Source of the DNA: Pseudomonadota bacterium
GTDB lineage: Bacteria > Pseudomonadota > Alphaproteobacteria > Rhodobacterales > Rhodobacteraceae
Length of the DNA: 64,000 nt
Reading direction: 5' to 3'
NCBI GenBank assembly: GCA_039026375.1
Contig: JBCCML010000005.1
Span: 66,906-130,905 of the forward strand
Shown here: piece after piece, positions 29,509-39,419 of the stretch
How positions within the stretch are numbered: the first letter of the stretch is position 1
Layout of the letters: every line of letters starts with the position of its first letter
Notes under the pieces: model-generated
What the model was told of the DNA's origin: nothing
Database searches by the model: none
What the model saw: the letters and a program-made list of their open reading frames with translations, nothing else
Made by a program: the position numbers and the translations under genes

Positions 29509-31524
29509 TCAGGTCCCCCCTGGTGGTCCCAATTCCGCCAGGCGGACGATTTCGGGGGCATCGGCCAGATCCTGGACCTGGGCAGGCGCGCGGCGGCGCC
29601 AGTTCGGTTGTTCATCCACGGTTCCGGGAACATTTTGCTGGTCGGGGATCGCGAAGATGTCATCCAGGCCGATGGCGACCAGATCGGCGCTGCCCCGGCA
29701 GAGCAGGCGGTGGATCGCGTGGCAGAGGTGGCTGTCGGCGATGGGCGGCGGGTGATCGGGGTCGATGCCGCCCGGCAGCAGCAACTCGCCCGCCAGCATG
29801 TGGCAGAGCGTGACGCGGTCGCGGGCGCGTTCGTCGCGTTCGTGGGGGCCGACGGGGTGGCCCAGTTCATCGCGGGTGGCGATCTCGCGGCCCTCCCACC
29901 AGCCGGCGATGCTGGGCAGGTCGTGGGTGCCGAAGGCCGCCAGCGTCATTTGGCGGTATTCGTTGGGGTGGCGCAGGCGCACCCATTCCCGCTCGAACGG
30001 CAGGATGGCGCAACCGTAGAGGCCTGCATTGCCCAGCGCGTCGCGCAGGCCGTCGGGGACGGTGCCCAGATCCTCGCCGACGACCAGGCAGCCGGCGCGG
30101 GCGGCCTCGATCCGGGTCAGGGCCAGCGTCGCCTCCAGCGGGAAGGCGACATAGCCCCCAGCCACGCCCGACATCGGTGCCCAATAGCTGCGGGCGAAGC
30201 CGATGATGTGGTCGATGCGCACCATCCCCGCCGCCGCCATGGTCTGGCGCAGCATCCGTCGGAAGGGCGCGAAGTGCTGGCGCGCCAGGCCCAAGGGCGA
30301 GTAGGGGGCGAGGTCCCAGCGCTGGCCCTCGGTGTTCAGCAGATCGGGCGGTGCGCCCAAAGATGCCCCCGTGGCAAAGGCCCCGCGATTGGCCCAGGTC
30401 TCGGCCCCGCCCGGACGCACGCCAACGGCGACATCCAGATAAAGGCCCAGCGCCATGCCACCCGCCTGTGCCCGCGCTTGGGCATCGGCCAGCTGCGCCT
30501 CGGCCGTCCACTGGCACCATTCGTGAAAGGCGATCTCATCGGTAAACCGGGCAGCGAAGGCCTGCACTTCGGCGCCATCGGGGTCCTGCAGCCCGTCCGG
30601 CCACCGTCGCCAATCGGGCCCGTGCTGGGTCGACAATGCTTCGTAGACGGATTGCAGCGCCTGCACCCGGGGGCGCGCCGCCGCCCAGGCGGCAAAGGCC
30701 TGCTGCCGGGGGCCGTCGCCCTGCCGGAACCGCGCGAAGAGCGCGCGAAGACCGGCCAGATGTACCGGCCGCACGGCTGGGTAATCGACCAGTTCCGCGG
30801 CTCGCGCCTGATCCAGACGGTCCGCCGCCTCGGCCAGCAGGGCGTCCAGTTCCGGGCAATCGGCGGCCTCTGGGATCGTGTCCAGCGCGATGTGGCCTGT
30901 CTCCAGCGTGGTGCGGCTGGAGGGCGAGTAGGGGCTGTAGCCGCCCTCGGCCACGCCGCGGCCGTGCACGGGGTTGATGCCCAGAAAGGCGGCGCCCTTG
31001 GGCCCAAGTGCCGCCGCCGTGCGGGCCAGATCCTCAAAATCGCCGACCCCCAGATGGCGATCCGATCGCAAGCCGTAAAGGGCCGTTGTCACACCCCAGA
31101 CCGGCCGCTTGTCCGAGATATCCGCCTGCACCGGCGCGCGGGGCGGGGCGGCGATCACCAGCGTCGCGCCACGTTCGCTGCTCATCAGATGGACGCCCAT
31201 GGGCAGCGCCGGAATGTGCCAGGGGGCGTCCGGATTGGCGGCGATCTCCTCGCCCGTCTCCAGCACCATGCGCCAGGGCGCCAGATCGTGGTCCGACCCC
31301 TGATCGGCGGTTACCACCAACAGGCCCGGCAGGGCGCCCGCCTGGGTCTCCTCCTCGATCTGCTTCAGGCTGTTCGCGGCCTGACCCTCGTCGGCGCAGG
31401 GCAAGCCCATGGCTGTCAGCAGGGCCTGGGCGGTTTCTGGCGCGCAGGGGTGATAGCTGCCATCGATGCGGTGATAGCCTTCCAGGATGCCGACGCGGGC
31501 GGCCAGGGCATTCAGCGCGATCAT
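29509..31524 (-). CDS. malQ: 4-alpha-glucanotransferase (amylomaltase, GH77)
   Basis: LYGLRS..LGVGDFEDL, SPYSPSSR, LYLDVAVG, GAPPDLLN.EGQRW, RIDHIIG, GEDLGTVP, THDLP, QNVPGT....PNWRR. Confidence 0.96.
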   Translation of the reverse strand: MIALNALAARVGILEGYHRIDGSYHPCAPETAQALLTAMGLPCADEGQAANSLKQIEEETQAGALPGLLVVTADQGSDHDLAPWRMVLETGEEIAANPDAPWHIPALPMGVHLMSSERGATLVIAAPPRAPVQADISDKRPVWGVTTALYGLRSDRHLGVGDFEDLARTAAALGPKGAAFLGINPVHGRGVAEGGYSPYSPSSRTTLETGHIALDTIPEAADCPELDALLAEAADRLDQARAAELVDYPAVRPVHLAGLRALFARFRQGDGPRQQAFAAWAAARPRVQALQSVYEALSTQHGPDWRRWPDGLQDPDGAEVQAFAARFTDEIAFHEWCQWTAEAQLADAQARAQAGGMALGLYLDVAVGVRPGGAETWANRGAFATGASLGAPPDLLNTEGQRWDLAPYSPLGLARQHFAPFRRMLRQTMAAAGMVRIDHIIGFARSYWAPMSGVAGGYVAFPLEATLALTRIEAARAGCLVVGEDLGTVPDGLRDALGNAGLYGCAILPFEREWVRLRHPNEYRQMTLAAFGTHDLPSIAGWWEGREIATRDELGHPVGPHERDERARDRVTLCHMLAGELLLPGGIDPDHPPPIADSHLCHAIHRLLCRGSADLVAIGLDDIFAIPDQQNVPGTVDEQPNWRRRAPAQVQDLADAPEIVRLAELGPPGGT

Positions 31525-33602
31525 GGGCGATCCTCTGACGGGGTGGCGATGGTCGCCAATAGCACAAGCAGCGTGCCGGCGGCGACTTTACCCGTCGGGT
31601 TGGTGTCCTTCGGTGCGCCGTCGGCCACGCCCGTATCCAGCGCCACCTGCCAGTTCCGCCCTGCAGCAGCAGGCAGATCCAGCGGGTGCGCGGTCTTGCC
31701 CGGGTTCAACACCAGTAGCGCCCATGCCTCGGGTGCTGGGCGGCGCAACAACAGCGCAAAGCCCCGGCGGTGTGCCTGCGGCCAGGGCACCGGCCCACCG
31801 TCCAGCCCGAACCAGGCCACATCCAACGGGCCGCCGGGCGCCACCGGCGTGCCGTGCAGCCAACGGTCCTGGCGCAGGGCGGGCGTGTCCGCGCGCAGCG
31901 CCAGCACCCGGCGGCAGAAGGCCAGCAGGTCCTGATCGCCCGCGTGCCAGTCGATCCAGGTGGTTGGATTGTCCTGGCAATAGGCGTTGTTGTTGCCGCC
32001 CTGGCTGTGGCCGACCTCGTCGCCCGCCAGCAGCATGGGCGTCCCCTGGGCCAGCAGGGCGGTGGCCAGCAGGTTGCGCTGGCGGCGCGCCCGATTGGCC
32101 AGGATGTCGGTGTCGTCGGTCGCCCCTTCGACGCCCAGGTTGTCCGATAGGTTATGGGCGTGGCCGTCGCGGTTGCCCTCGCCATTCGCATCGTTATGGC
32201 GTTGGGCATAGGCGGTCAGGTCGTGCGTGGTGAAACCGTCATGGCAGGCGACATAGTTGATCGAGGCGAAGGGCCGCCGGCCGTCCCGGTCAAAGACACG
32301 CGCCGAGCCCAGCAACCCGTCCGCCAATTGGCCCGGCGCCTCCGGCTGACCCAGCCAGAAGGCGCGGGTGGCATCGCGGAAGCGGTCGTTCCATTCAGCG
32401 AAGGGGGGCGGGAACTGGCCCAGCCGGTAGCCGCCGGGGCCGATATCCCAAGGTTCCGCGATCATCTTTAGGCTGCGCAACACCGGGTCCTGTGCCACAG
32501 CGGCCAGAAAGGCCGAGCCGGGCTCGAACCCGCCGGGGCCGCGCGTCAGGGCGGGCGCCAGGTCAAAGCGAAAGCCGTCGATGCCGATCCGTTCGGCCCA
32601 CCAGCGCAGCGAATCCAGAACCAGGCGCAGAACGAACGGGTGGCCCAGGTCCAGCGTGTTACCGCAGCCCGTGTCGTTGACATAGGCATGCTGCGGCCCG
32701 GTCAGCTGGTAATAGGCGCGGTTGTCCAGCCCGCGAAAGCTCAGCGTAGGCCCGTTGATGTCGCTTTCGGCGGAGTGGTTGTAGACAACGTCCAGGATCA
32801 CCTCGATGCCTGCGGCGTGCAGCCGCCGCACCGTTTTGCGCAGGCCCGCCAGCCCGTTGGGGCCCAGATAGCGGGGTTCGGGCGCAAAGAAGCTGACCGT
32901 GTTGTAGCCCCAGTAATTGGTGAGGTTGCGGGCCTCCAGGTGGCGTTCGCTGGTGAAGGCGTGGAGCGGCAGCAGCTCCAGCGCCGTGATGCCCAGGCTT
33001 TGCAGGTGGGCGATCACGTCTGGGTGGCCCAGTGCCTCGACCGTGCCGCGGATACTGTCGGGCAGTCCTGGCCACTGTTGGGTCAGGCCGCGGACGTGCG
33101 CCTCGTAGAGGACGGTGTTTGGCCAGGGGGTTTGAGGGCGTTCTTCAGGGTTGATGGGCGGCGGATCGGCGATAGCCACGCATTTGGCCAAGGTGGGCGC
33201 GCTGTCGGTGGGGTCCGGTTTGCTGGGATCGGTTTGGAGGTGGCCGACTTGGGCGGGGTGCCATTTGACCGACGCGGACAGGGTGCGGGCATAGGGGTCC
33301 AGCAGCAACTTGGCCGGGTTGAAGCGGTGGCCGTCCGCAGGCGCAAACGGTCCGGCGGCGCGCAGGCCATAGCGTTGGCCGGCGGCGATGCCGGGGGCAA
33401 AGCCGTGGTGGATGGGGCCCGAGCGGCCGGGGAGCGGCAGGCGGGCGGTCTCGCGGTCCTGGTCGTCGAACAGGCAAAGCCAGATCTGCTCGGCCCGTTC
33501 CGAGAAGACGGCGATGTTGGCGCCGTCCGTGGTCAGGGTCAGGCCCAGGGGTTCTGGGGTGCCCGGGGCGATGTCGGCAGGGGCGATGCCGCTGGCGTTC
33601 AT
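31521..33602 (-). CDS. glgX: Glycogen debranching enzyme (GH13)
   Basis: NPAKLLLDPYA, YEAHVRG, NYWGYNT, LDVVYNH, DGFRFDLA, AEPWD, HDGFT, GNNNAYCQD; ATG overlaps the glgA stop. Confidence 0.97.
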   Translation of the reverse strand: MNASGIAPADIAPGTPEPLGLTLTTDGANIAVFSERAEQIWLCLFDDQDRETARLPLPGRSGPIHHGFAPGIAAGQRYGLRAAGPFAPADGHRFNPAKLLLDPYARTLSASVKWHPAQVGHLQTDPSKPDPTDSAPTLAKCVAIADPPPINPEERPQTPWPNTVLYEAHVRGLTQQWPGLPDSIRGTVEALGHPDVIAHLQSLGITALELLPLHAFTSERHLEARNLTNYWGYNTVSFFAPEPRYLGPNGLAGLRKTVRRLHAAGIEVILDVVYNHSAESDINGPTLSFRGLDNRAYYQLTGPQHAYVNDTGCGNTLDLGHPFVLRLVLDSLRWWAERIGIDGFRFDLAPALTRGPGGFEPGSAFLAAVAQDPVLRSLKMIAEPWDIGPGGYRLGQFPPPFAEWNDRFRDATRAFWLGQPEAPGQLADGLLGSARVFDRDGRRPFASINYVACHDGFTTHDLTAYAQRHNDANGEGNRDGHAHNLSDNLGVEGATDDTDILANRARRQRNLLATALLAQGTPMLLAGDEVGHSQGGNNNAYCQDNPTTWIDWHAGDQDLLAFCRRVLALRADTPALRQDRWLHGTPVAPGGPLDVAWFGLDGGPVPWPQAHRRGFALLLRRPAPEAWALLVLNPGKTAHPLDLPAAAGRNWQVALDTGVADGAPKDTNPTGKVAAGTLLVLLATIATPSEDRP

Positions 33603-35071
33603 TGCGCCGTCATCTCGGCGTACAGCGCCGCATATGCGGCTGCCGACTGCGCCCATCCCACCGGCTGGCGCATGGCGTTGGCGCGCATGGTCGCCCAGGT
33701 CTTGGGGTCGGCATAAGCCGAGATTGCCCGCTGCAGGGCGCGGGAGAGGGCCTGGGCCGAGCCGGGCTCGTGTACGAAACCTGTGGCTACGCCTGCTGCC
33801 ATCGCGGCCGCGTTGGCGTCGATCACCGTGTCGGCCAACCCGCCCGTGCGCGCGACCACTGGCAGCGTGCCATAGCGCAACCCATAAAGCTGGGTCAGCC
33901 CGCACGGCTCGAACCGCGAGGGGATGATGATCGCGTCCCCGCCTGCCTGCATCAGGTGGCTGAGCGGCTCGTCATAGCCGATCACCGTGCCGATCCGGTC
34001 GGGTTGGGCCAGTGCGGCCTGGCGAAAGCCCTCCGCCAACCCCGGATCGCCGCTGCCGAGGACGGCCAAACCCGCCCCGCCATTGACCAGCGTGGGCAGG
34101 GCCTCCAGCAGCAGATCCAGCCCCTTCTGCGCGGTGAGGCGGCTGATCACGATGAAGAGCGGCGCCTCATCCGCCAGGTCCAACCCGAAATGCCCCGCCA
34201 AGGCCGCGCGGTTGCGCGCCTTACCGTCAGGGTCCTTCGCCGAATAGGACGCTGCCAGGGCCGGATCGCGCGCTGGATCCCAGGCGTCGGTATCGACCCC
34301 GTTCAAGATCCCCACCAGATCGCCGCGGCGGTAGCCCAGCAGACCCTCCATCCCCATACCGAAGGCGGGTTCCATAAGCTCGACCGCATAGCTGGGCGAC
34401 ACCGTCGACAAGCGGTCGGCCATGGCCAGACCACCCTTCAGGAAGCTGAGCCGGCCGTAGTATTCCAGCCCTTCCAGGGTCATCAGCGTCTCGGGCAAGC
34501 CCAGGTCGCTGATAACACTGGCTGGAAAAACGCCCTGAAAGGCAATGTTGTGGATTGTCAGCAGCACCGGCGGCACCGTCCCAGTCCCAGTCCCAGTCCC
34601 AGTCCCAGTGCCAGTGCTCGTGTGCCGCGCCAGATAGGCCGGCACCAGCCCCGCCTGCCAGTCGTGGGCATGCACCAGATCGGGCGCCCACCCTGCCAAA
34701 CCCGAGACAGCCAAGGCGGCGGCCACCTCGCAGAATAAGCCGTATCGCAGGTGATTGTCTGGCCAGTCTGCCCCGTCCGGGCCAACATAAGGATTGCCGG
34801 GGCGGTCGAAATACTCCGGCGCATCCAGCAGGATCAGCGAATGGTCGTCGACTTCACCCGTGATCAGACGCGCCCGGCGCCCACCCGGCAGGTTGATCAC
34901 ATGGCGCTGGGCCTGTGCCAGGCGCCCGGAGATCCCTGGATACCCTGGCAACAGCACCCGCATCTGGACGCCATGGCGTGCCAGGGCGCCAGGCAGGGCA
35001 CCCACCACATCGGCCAGCCCGCCCGTCTTGATGAGCGGCGCGCATTCCGAGGCGACGGACAGAACCCGCAT
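33599..35071 (-). CDS. glgA: Glycogen synthase (GT5), with a (Thr-Gly)6 insertion
   Basis: KTGGLADV, HAHDWQAG, TIHNIAFQG, SRLTAQKG, PSRFEPCGLTQL, TGGLADTV. Confidence 0.97.
   Translation of the reverse strand: MRVLSVASECAPLIKTGGLADVVGALPGALARHGVQMRVLLPGYPGISGRLAQAQRHVINLPGGRRARLITGEVDDHSLILLDAPEYFDRPGNPYVGPDGADWPDNHLRYGLFCEVAAALAVSGLAGWAPDLVHAHDWQAGLVPAYLARHTSTGTGTGTGTGTGTVPPVLLTIHNIAFQGVFPASVISDLGLPETLMTLEGLEYYGRLSFLKGGLAMADRLSTVSPSYAVELMEPAFGMGMEGLLGYRRGDLVGILNGVDTDAWDPARDPALAASYSAKDPDGKARNRAALAGHFGLDLADEAPLFIVISRLTAQKGLDLLLEALPTLVNGGAGLAVLGSGDPGLAEGFRQAALAQPDRIGTVIGYDEPLSHLMQAGGDAIIIPSRFEPCGLTQLYGLRYGTLPVVARTGGLADTVIDANAAAMAAGVATGFVHEPGSAQALSRALQRAISAYADPKTWATMRANAMRQPVGWAQSAAAYAALYAEMTAQ
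34580..34615. repeat. In-frame hexanucleotide tandem repeat inside glgA
   Basis: (CCCAGT)x5 followed by GCCAGT on the + strand; encodes (Thr-Gly)6 in GlgA. Confidence 0.95.
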
Positions 35072-35077
35072 GCGTGC

Positions 35078-36346
35078 CTAGTCCTCCAGCGCGTCCAACA
35101 TCTGCTGGGTCACCAGCACGATGCCATTGTCCGAGCGGCGGAACCGCTTCGCATCTTCTTCGGGGTCCTCGCCAATCACCATGCCGCGGGGGATCGTGAC
35201 GCCCCGGTCCAGCACGACATTGCTGAGGTGGGCGTGCCTGTGGATGGTGCAGGCGGGCAGAGCCACGACCCGGTGCAGTTCCGAGTAGGAATTGCAATGC
35301 ACCCCGGTGAACAGCAGGCTTTGGTCGATCCGGCTGCCCGAGACGATGCACCCGCCCGAGATCAGGGAGGACACCGCCTGGCCGCGCCGGTCCTCTTCAT
35401 CGTGGATGAATTTGGCGGGCGGCGTCAGGGCCGCATAGGTCCAAATCGGCCAGTCGCTGGAATAGATGTCCAATTCCGGGCTGAAGTCGGTCAGGTCCAC
35501 ATTGGCGGCGTGAAAACTGTCGATGGTGCCGACATCGCGCCAATAGGGCTCTTTCTCGTCGCCGGTCATCACACAAGACTTGGACAGCGAGTGCGCCATC
35601 GCTTTCGCGCCCTTGACCAAGGCCGGAATGATGTCCTTGCCAAAGTCATGGCTGCTGTTCGGGTTCTGCGCATCGTCGCGCAACACCTCGATCAAGCGCT
35701 CGGTCTCGAAGACATAGATCCCCATCGAGGCCAATGACGTGTCCGGCTTGCCCGGCATGGCGGGGGGATCGGCGGGTTTCTCGACAAAGTCGATGATGCG
35801 TCCGTTGGCATCAACGTCCATGACGCCAAAGCCCGACGCCTCTTTGCGGGGGACCTCGACACAGCCGACGGTTACATCGGCGCTGGCTTCGACATGGTCG
35901 GCCAGCATCATCGAGTAATCCATTTTGTAGATGTGATCGCCCGCCAGCACCACGATGTAGCGCGGTGCATAGCCTTCGATGATGTCGATGTTCTGAAAGA
36001 CCGCGTCTGCGGTGCCTTGGTAGACGTCGTGCCCCTCAACCCGTTGTGACGCAGGCAGGATATCCAGCCCTTCATTCCGACCGGCGGCAAAGAAATTCCA
36101 GCCCAATTGCAGGTGGCGTATCAGGCTGTGCGCCTTGTACTGCGTAGCGACGCCAATGCGCCGGATGCCGGAATTCACCGCGTTGGACAGCGCAAAGTCG
36201 ATGATCCGGGACTTGCCGCCGAAATAAACGGCAGGCTTGGCGCGCTTGTCCGTCAGTTCGCGCAAGCGACTGCCGCGGCCACCGGCCAGCACAAAGGCCA
36301 TGGTTTGCCGAGCCAAGGTTGCCCGGTCAGCTCTGGGGGCGTTCAT
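35078..36346 (-). CDS. glgC: Glucose-1-phosphate adenylyltransferase
   Basis: [61 protein letters not shown]; the track's extension to 36628 is not supported. Confidence 0.98.
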   Translation of the reverse strand: MNAPRADRATLARQTMAFVLAGGRGSRLRELTDKRAKPAVYFGGKSRIIDFALSNAVNSGIRRIGVATQYKAHSLIRHLQLGWNFFAAGRNEGLDILPASQRVEGHDVYQGTADAVFQNIDIIEGYAPRYIVVLAGDHIYKMDYSMMLADHVEASADVTVGCVEVPRKEASGFGVMDVDANGRIIDFVEKPADPPAMPGKPDTSLASMGIYVFETERLIEVLRDDAQNPNSSHDFGKDIIPALVKGAKAMAHSLSKSCVMTGDEKEPYWRDVGTIDSFHAANVDLTDFSPELDIYSSDWPIWTYAALTPPAKFIHDEEDRRGQAVSSLISGGCIVSGSRIDQSLLFTGVHCNSYSELHRVVALPACTIHRHAHLSNVVLDRGVTIPRGMVIGEDPEEDAKRFRRSDNGIVLVTQQMLDALED

Positions 36347-36509
36347 CTTCCCTGTCTCGTCTTGTTGCTTTGTCAGAGTATATGTGTCGCACCTGGGGCA
36401 ATCTGCCAACTGCCAATCCGGTGGATGGGATTTGTTGGCGGACCTGCGCCTTGCATCTACGGCGATTGCCCTTGGTGGGCGGCGCCGATGATTGGGGCTG
36501 AAAGGGGGG

Positions 36510-37622
36510 ATGATGACCACAGAGCTTGCGCCGCTGCCGCTGCCAGACGGCATCACAGCCCAGTTTGTCGAAACCGATTCGGGTTTGACCCAGCACGTCC
36601 TGAGTGCCGGGGAGCCGGACCGTCCCATGCTGCTGTTGCTGCACGGCTTCCCCGAGCTTGCCTATTCCTGGCGGCGGGTGATGCGGCCCCTGGCCGAGCT
36701 GGGCTTCTGGGTCGTGGCGCCGGATCAGCGTGGCTACGGCCGCACCACTGGCTGGGTGGGGGGCTATGACGATGACCTCTCGGCGTTCTCGTTGCCCAAC
36801 TTCGTGCGCGACGCGGTGGCGCTGGTCCGTGCGCTTGGGCGCGAGCAGGTGCATGCGGTGATCGGGCATGATTATGGCTCGCCCGTGGCTGCTTGGGCGG
36901 CGCTGCTGCGGGGGGATGTCTTCCCGCGGGTTGCGTGCATGAGCGCGCCCTTCGGTGGGCCGCCCGCGATCGCACAGCGCGTCGATCCGGTGCACGAGGA
37001 CATGCTGGCACTGTCGCCGCCGCGCAAACACTATCAGTGGTATTATGCAACGCGCGCTGCTGCTCCGGACATGGAGACCGCGCCCGAGGGCATGGAGGCC
37101 TTCCTGCGCGCATACTTTCACATGAAGTCCGCGGATTGGGCGAACAACCAGCCCTACCGCCTGGACGGGTGGACGGCGGAGGAGCTGGCGAAGATGCCGC
37201 TCTACTACGTGATGGAGGCTGATCAGACGATGCCACAGGCGGTGCGTGGTGCTCTGCCTGACGACGCGGCGATCGGTGCCTGCCAGTGGATGACACAGGC
37301 CGATATGGACGTCTACGCGGCCGAGTACGGGCGCACCGGGTTTCAGGGCGCGCTGAACAGCTATCGCTGCGGGACGTCCCCCCGGTTCCGGCGCGATCTA
37401 TCGGTGTTCCACGGGCGGCGGATCGAGGTGCCCGCGCTGTTCATCGCCGGGCGCCAGGATTGGGGTTGGGCGCAGGTTCCCGGCGCGCTGGAGGCGATGG
37501 AGACGCGCGCCACCGCCGACTGGCATGGCACGCATTTGGTCGACGGTGCGGGGCACTGGGTGCAGCAGGAACAGCCGGACGCAGTGGTGGAGATCCTGCG
37601 ACACTTCCTATCGATGGGCTGA
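36510..37622 (+). CDS. Alpha/beta hydrolase, epoxide hydrolase-like
   Basis: [28 protein letters not shown] (Asp nucleophile), [15 protein letters not shown]. Confidence 0.9.
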   Translation: MMTTELAPLPLPDGITAQFVETDSGLTQHVLSAGEPDRPMLLLLHGFPELAYSWRRVMRPLAELGFWVVAPDQRGYGRTTGWVGGYDDDLSAFSLPNFVRDAVALVRALGREQVHAVIGHDYGSPVAAWAALLRGDVFPRVACMSAPFGGPPAIAQRVDPVHEDMLALSPPRKHYQWYYATRAAAPDMETAPEGMEAFLRAYFHMKSADWANNQPYRLDGWTAEELAKMPLYYVMEADQTMPQAVRGALPDDAAIGACQWMTQADMDVYAAEYGRTGFQGALNSYRCGTSPRFRRDLSVFHGRRIEVPALFIAGRQDWGWAQVPGALEAMETRATADWHGTHLVDGAGHWVQQEQPDAVVEILRHFLSMG

Positions 37623-37630
37623 CGCCGCGG

Positions 37631-39385
37631 CTAGAGGCTGATGAAAATCGCCGCCGCCCCCGCGGTCACGGCCAACGCCCTGACCACCGCGCGGCCAGGG
37701 GCGATCACGCCGTAGGAGATTAGGGCCAACCCCGCCCCAACCTTGAATGCGCTCAGCACCGCAAGCCCTGGCTGTTCTGCCAATCCGATCAGGTCCGGAT
37801 TAGCGATCATACCCAGCGGGATCAGGTACAGCCCGATCCCCAGCGCCATGGCGCTGAAGGCGACCTTCCACCAATTCTCGTCGATCATGCCGGCGGCGAT
37901 GAAAACGGCCCCGCAGACCGGCGGGGTGATCGTCGACAACAGCGCGTACCAGAAGACGAACAGATGCGCCTGCAGCGGCGCCAGCCCCAGTTGGATTAGC
38001 GCGGGCCCCGCGACGGAAACACAGATGACGTAGGCCGCGGTCGTGGGCACCTCCATCCCCAGGATCAGACAGGCCACAGCGGTCAGCAGCAACGCGCCCC
38101 ACAGCACATCGCCCGAGCCCGACAGGATCAGCGACGTGATCTTGACCCCCAACCCGGTAATCCCCAGGACGCCGATCACGAGCGAGGCGCACAGGATGAT
38201 CGCCGCGATCATTGACACCTGTTTGCCCGCGTTCAGGCAGGCGCTCTCCAACCGTGCCAGCGTGCGTGCGCCGTCGACCGACAGCCTTGCGTCGATCCCC
38301 AACAGCACCGTGCCCACCAGTATCGCCCCGCAGGCGGCGTATTGCGGGGTCAGCCCGGCGAAAAACATGCCCCACATCAGGACCGCGAAAGGCACCAGAA
38401 AGAAGCACGCGGTAATCGCGACGTCGCGGCGACTGGGCTGGTCCTCGGCCGCGATGCCGCGCAGCGTGTAGCGCCGCGCATAGGCATCGATGCCGATCCA
38501 AACCGCCAGGAAGTATAACAAGGCGGGCAGCAGCGCCGCTGCCATGACGCCCGTGTAAGGCACGCCCGTCAGCTCCACCATCACGAAGGCGCCTGCCCCC
38601 ATCAGCGGCGGCATGATCTGGCCGCCGGAGGACGCGACCGCTTCCACCGCCCCGGCGAGGCGCTTCGGATAGCCCAGCTTCTGCATGGCGGGCAAGGTGA
38701 TCGCGCCGGTCGACGCAACGTTGGCCGAGGCGGAGCCCGAGATCGAGCCGAAGAGCGCGGACGACAACACCGACACCTTGGCGGCACCCCCTTTCAGCCG
38801 GCCTGCGGCAGCGGCGGCCACGTTCATGAACCCCTGGCCCGCTTCGCCTGCGTTCAGGACGGCGCCAAAGATGACAAAGATGGCGACTACACCCACCGAG
38901 ACTCCGGTCAGTTTGCCCCAAAGACCGCCCTCGGCGATCGTCAGCGTGCCTAGAAAGCTGGCCAACGGCGTGCCCGAATGGCCGAACTCGCCCGGGATGT
39001 GCTGGCCGAACAGACCGTAGGAAAGTGCCAGGGCTGCGATCACCGGCAGGGGCCAGCCGATGGCACGGCGCGCGGCCTCCAGCACCACCACAATCAGGGT
39101 GGCGGCAATGGCGATCTGCACAGGACCTTCCAGGAAGCCGTACTGATCGGACAGCGCATCGTGTTGCCAGGCAAGCCACAAGCAACAACCGATGCCGATG
39201 CAGGCAAGGACCAGCCCGGACCAAAGGCTCCAGCGGCCTCTCGCGGCGAACACCAGCACCCAGGGAAGGGCCAGCGCCATGTGCAGCGGCCGCGCGACCA
39301 GGTTAGGCACCAGGCCCGAGAAGATCAGGCCAAGGTGGAAGACAATGGTGGCGAGACCGAGCGTGGCCCAGATCCAGCGGCTCAT
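37631..39385 (-). CDS. TRAP transporter fused 4TM/12TM permease (TAXI type)
   Basis: VAIFVIFGAVL, SSALFGSISGS, AVEAVASSGGQIMPPLMGAGAF, LGMEVPTTAAY, ITPPVC. Confidence 0.92.
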   Translation of the reverse strand: MSRWIWATLGLATIVFHLGLIFSGLVPNLVARPLHMALALPWVLVFAARGRWSLWSGLVLACIGIGCCLWLAWQHDALSDQYGFLEGPVQIAIAATLIVVVLEAARRAIGWPLPVIAALALSYGLFGQHIPGEFGHSGTPLASFLGTLTIAEGGLWGKLTGVSVGVVAIFVIFGAVLNAGEAGQGFMNVAAAAAGRLKGGAAKVSVLSSALFGSISGSASANVASTGAITLPAMQKLGYPKRLAGAVEAVASSGGQIMPPLMGAGAFVMVELTGVPYTGVMAAALLPALLYFLAVWIGIDAYARRYTLRGIAAEDQPSRRDVAITACFFLVPFAVLMWGMFFAGLTPQYAACGAILVGTVLLGIDARLSVDGARTLARLESACLNAGKQVSMIAAIILCASLVIGVLGITGLGVKITSLILSGSGDVLWGALLLTAVACLILGMEVPTTAAYVICVSVAGPALIQLGLAPLQAHLFVFWYALLSTITPPVCGAVFIAAGMIDENWWKVAFSAMALGIGLYLIPLGMIANPDLIGLAEQPGLAVLSAFKVGAGLALISYGVIAPGRAVVRALAVTAGAAAIFISL

Positions 39386-39419
39386 GCCGTGGCGTTGCCC
39401 GGTCCCGGGTTTCGGGCGC

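Noticed and set aside
27056-31935. Very long + strand ORFs (739 aa at 27056-29275; 815 aa at 29488-31935)
   Set aside because: Antisense shadows of glgP, malQ and glgX caused by high GC3; no recognisable motifs, while the - strand proteins carry full catalytic signatures
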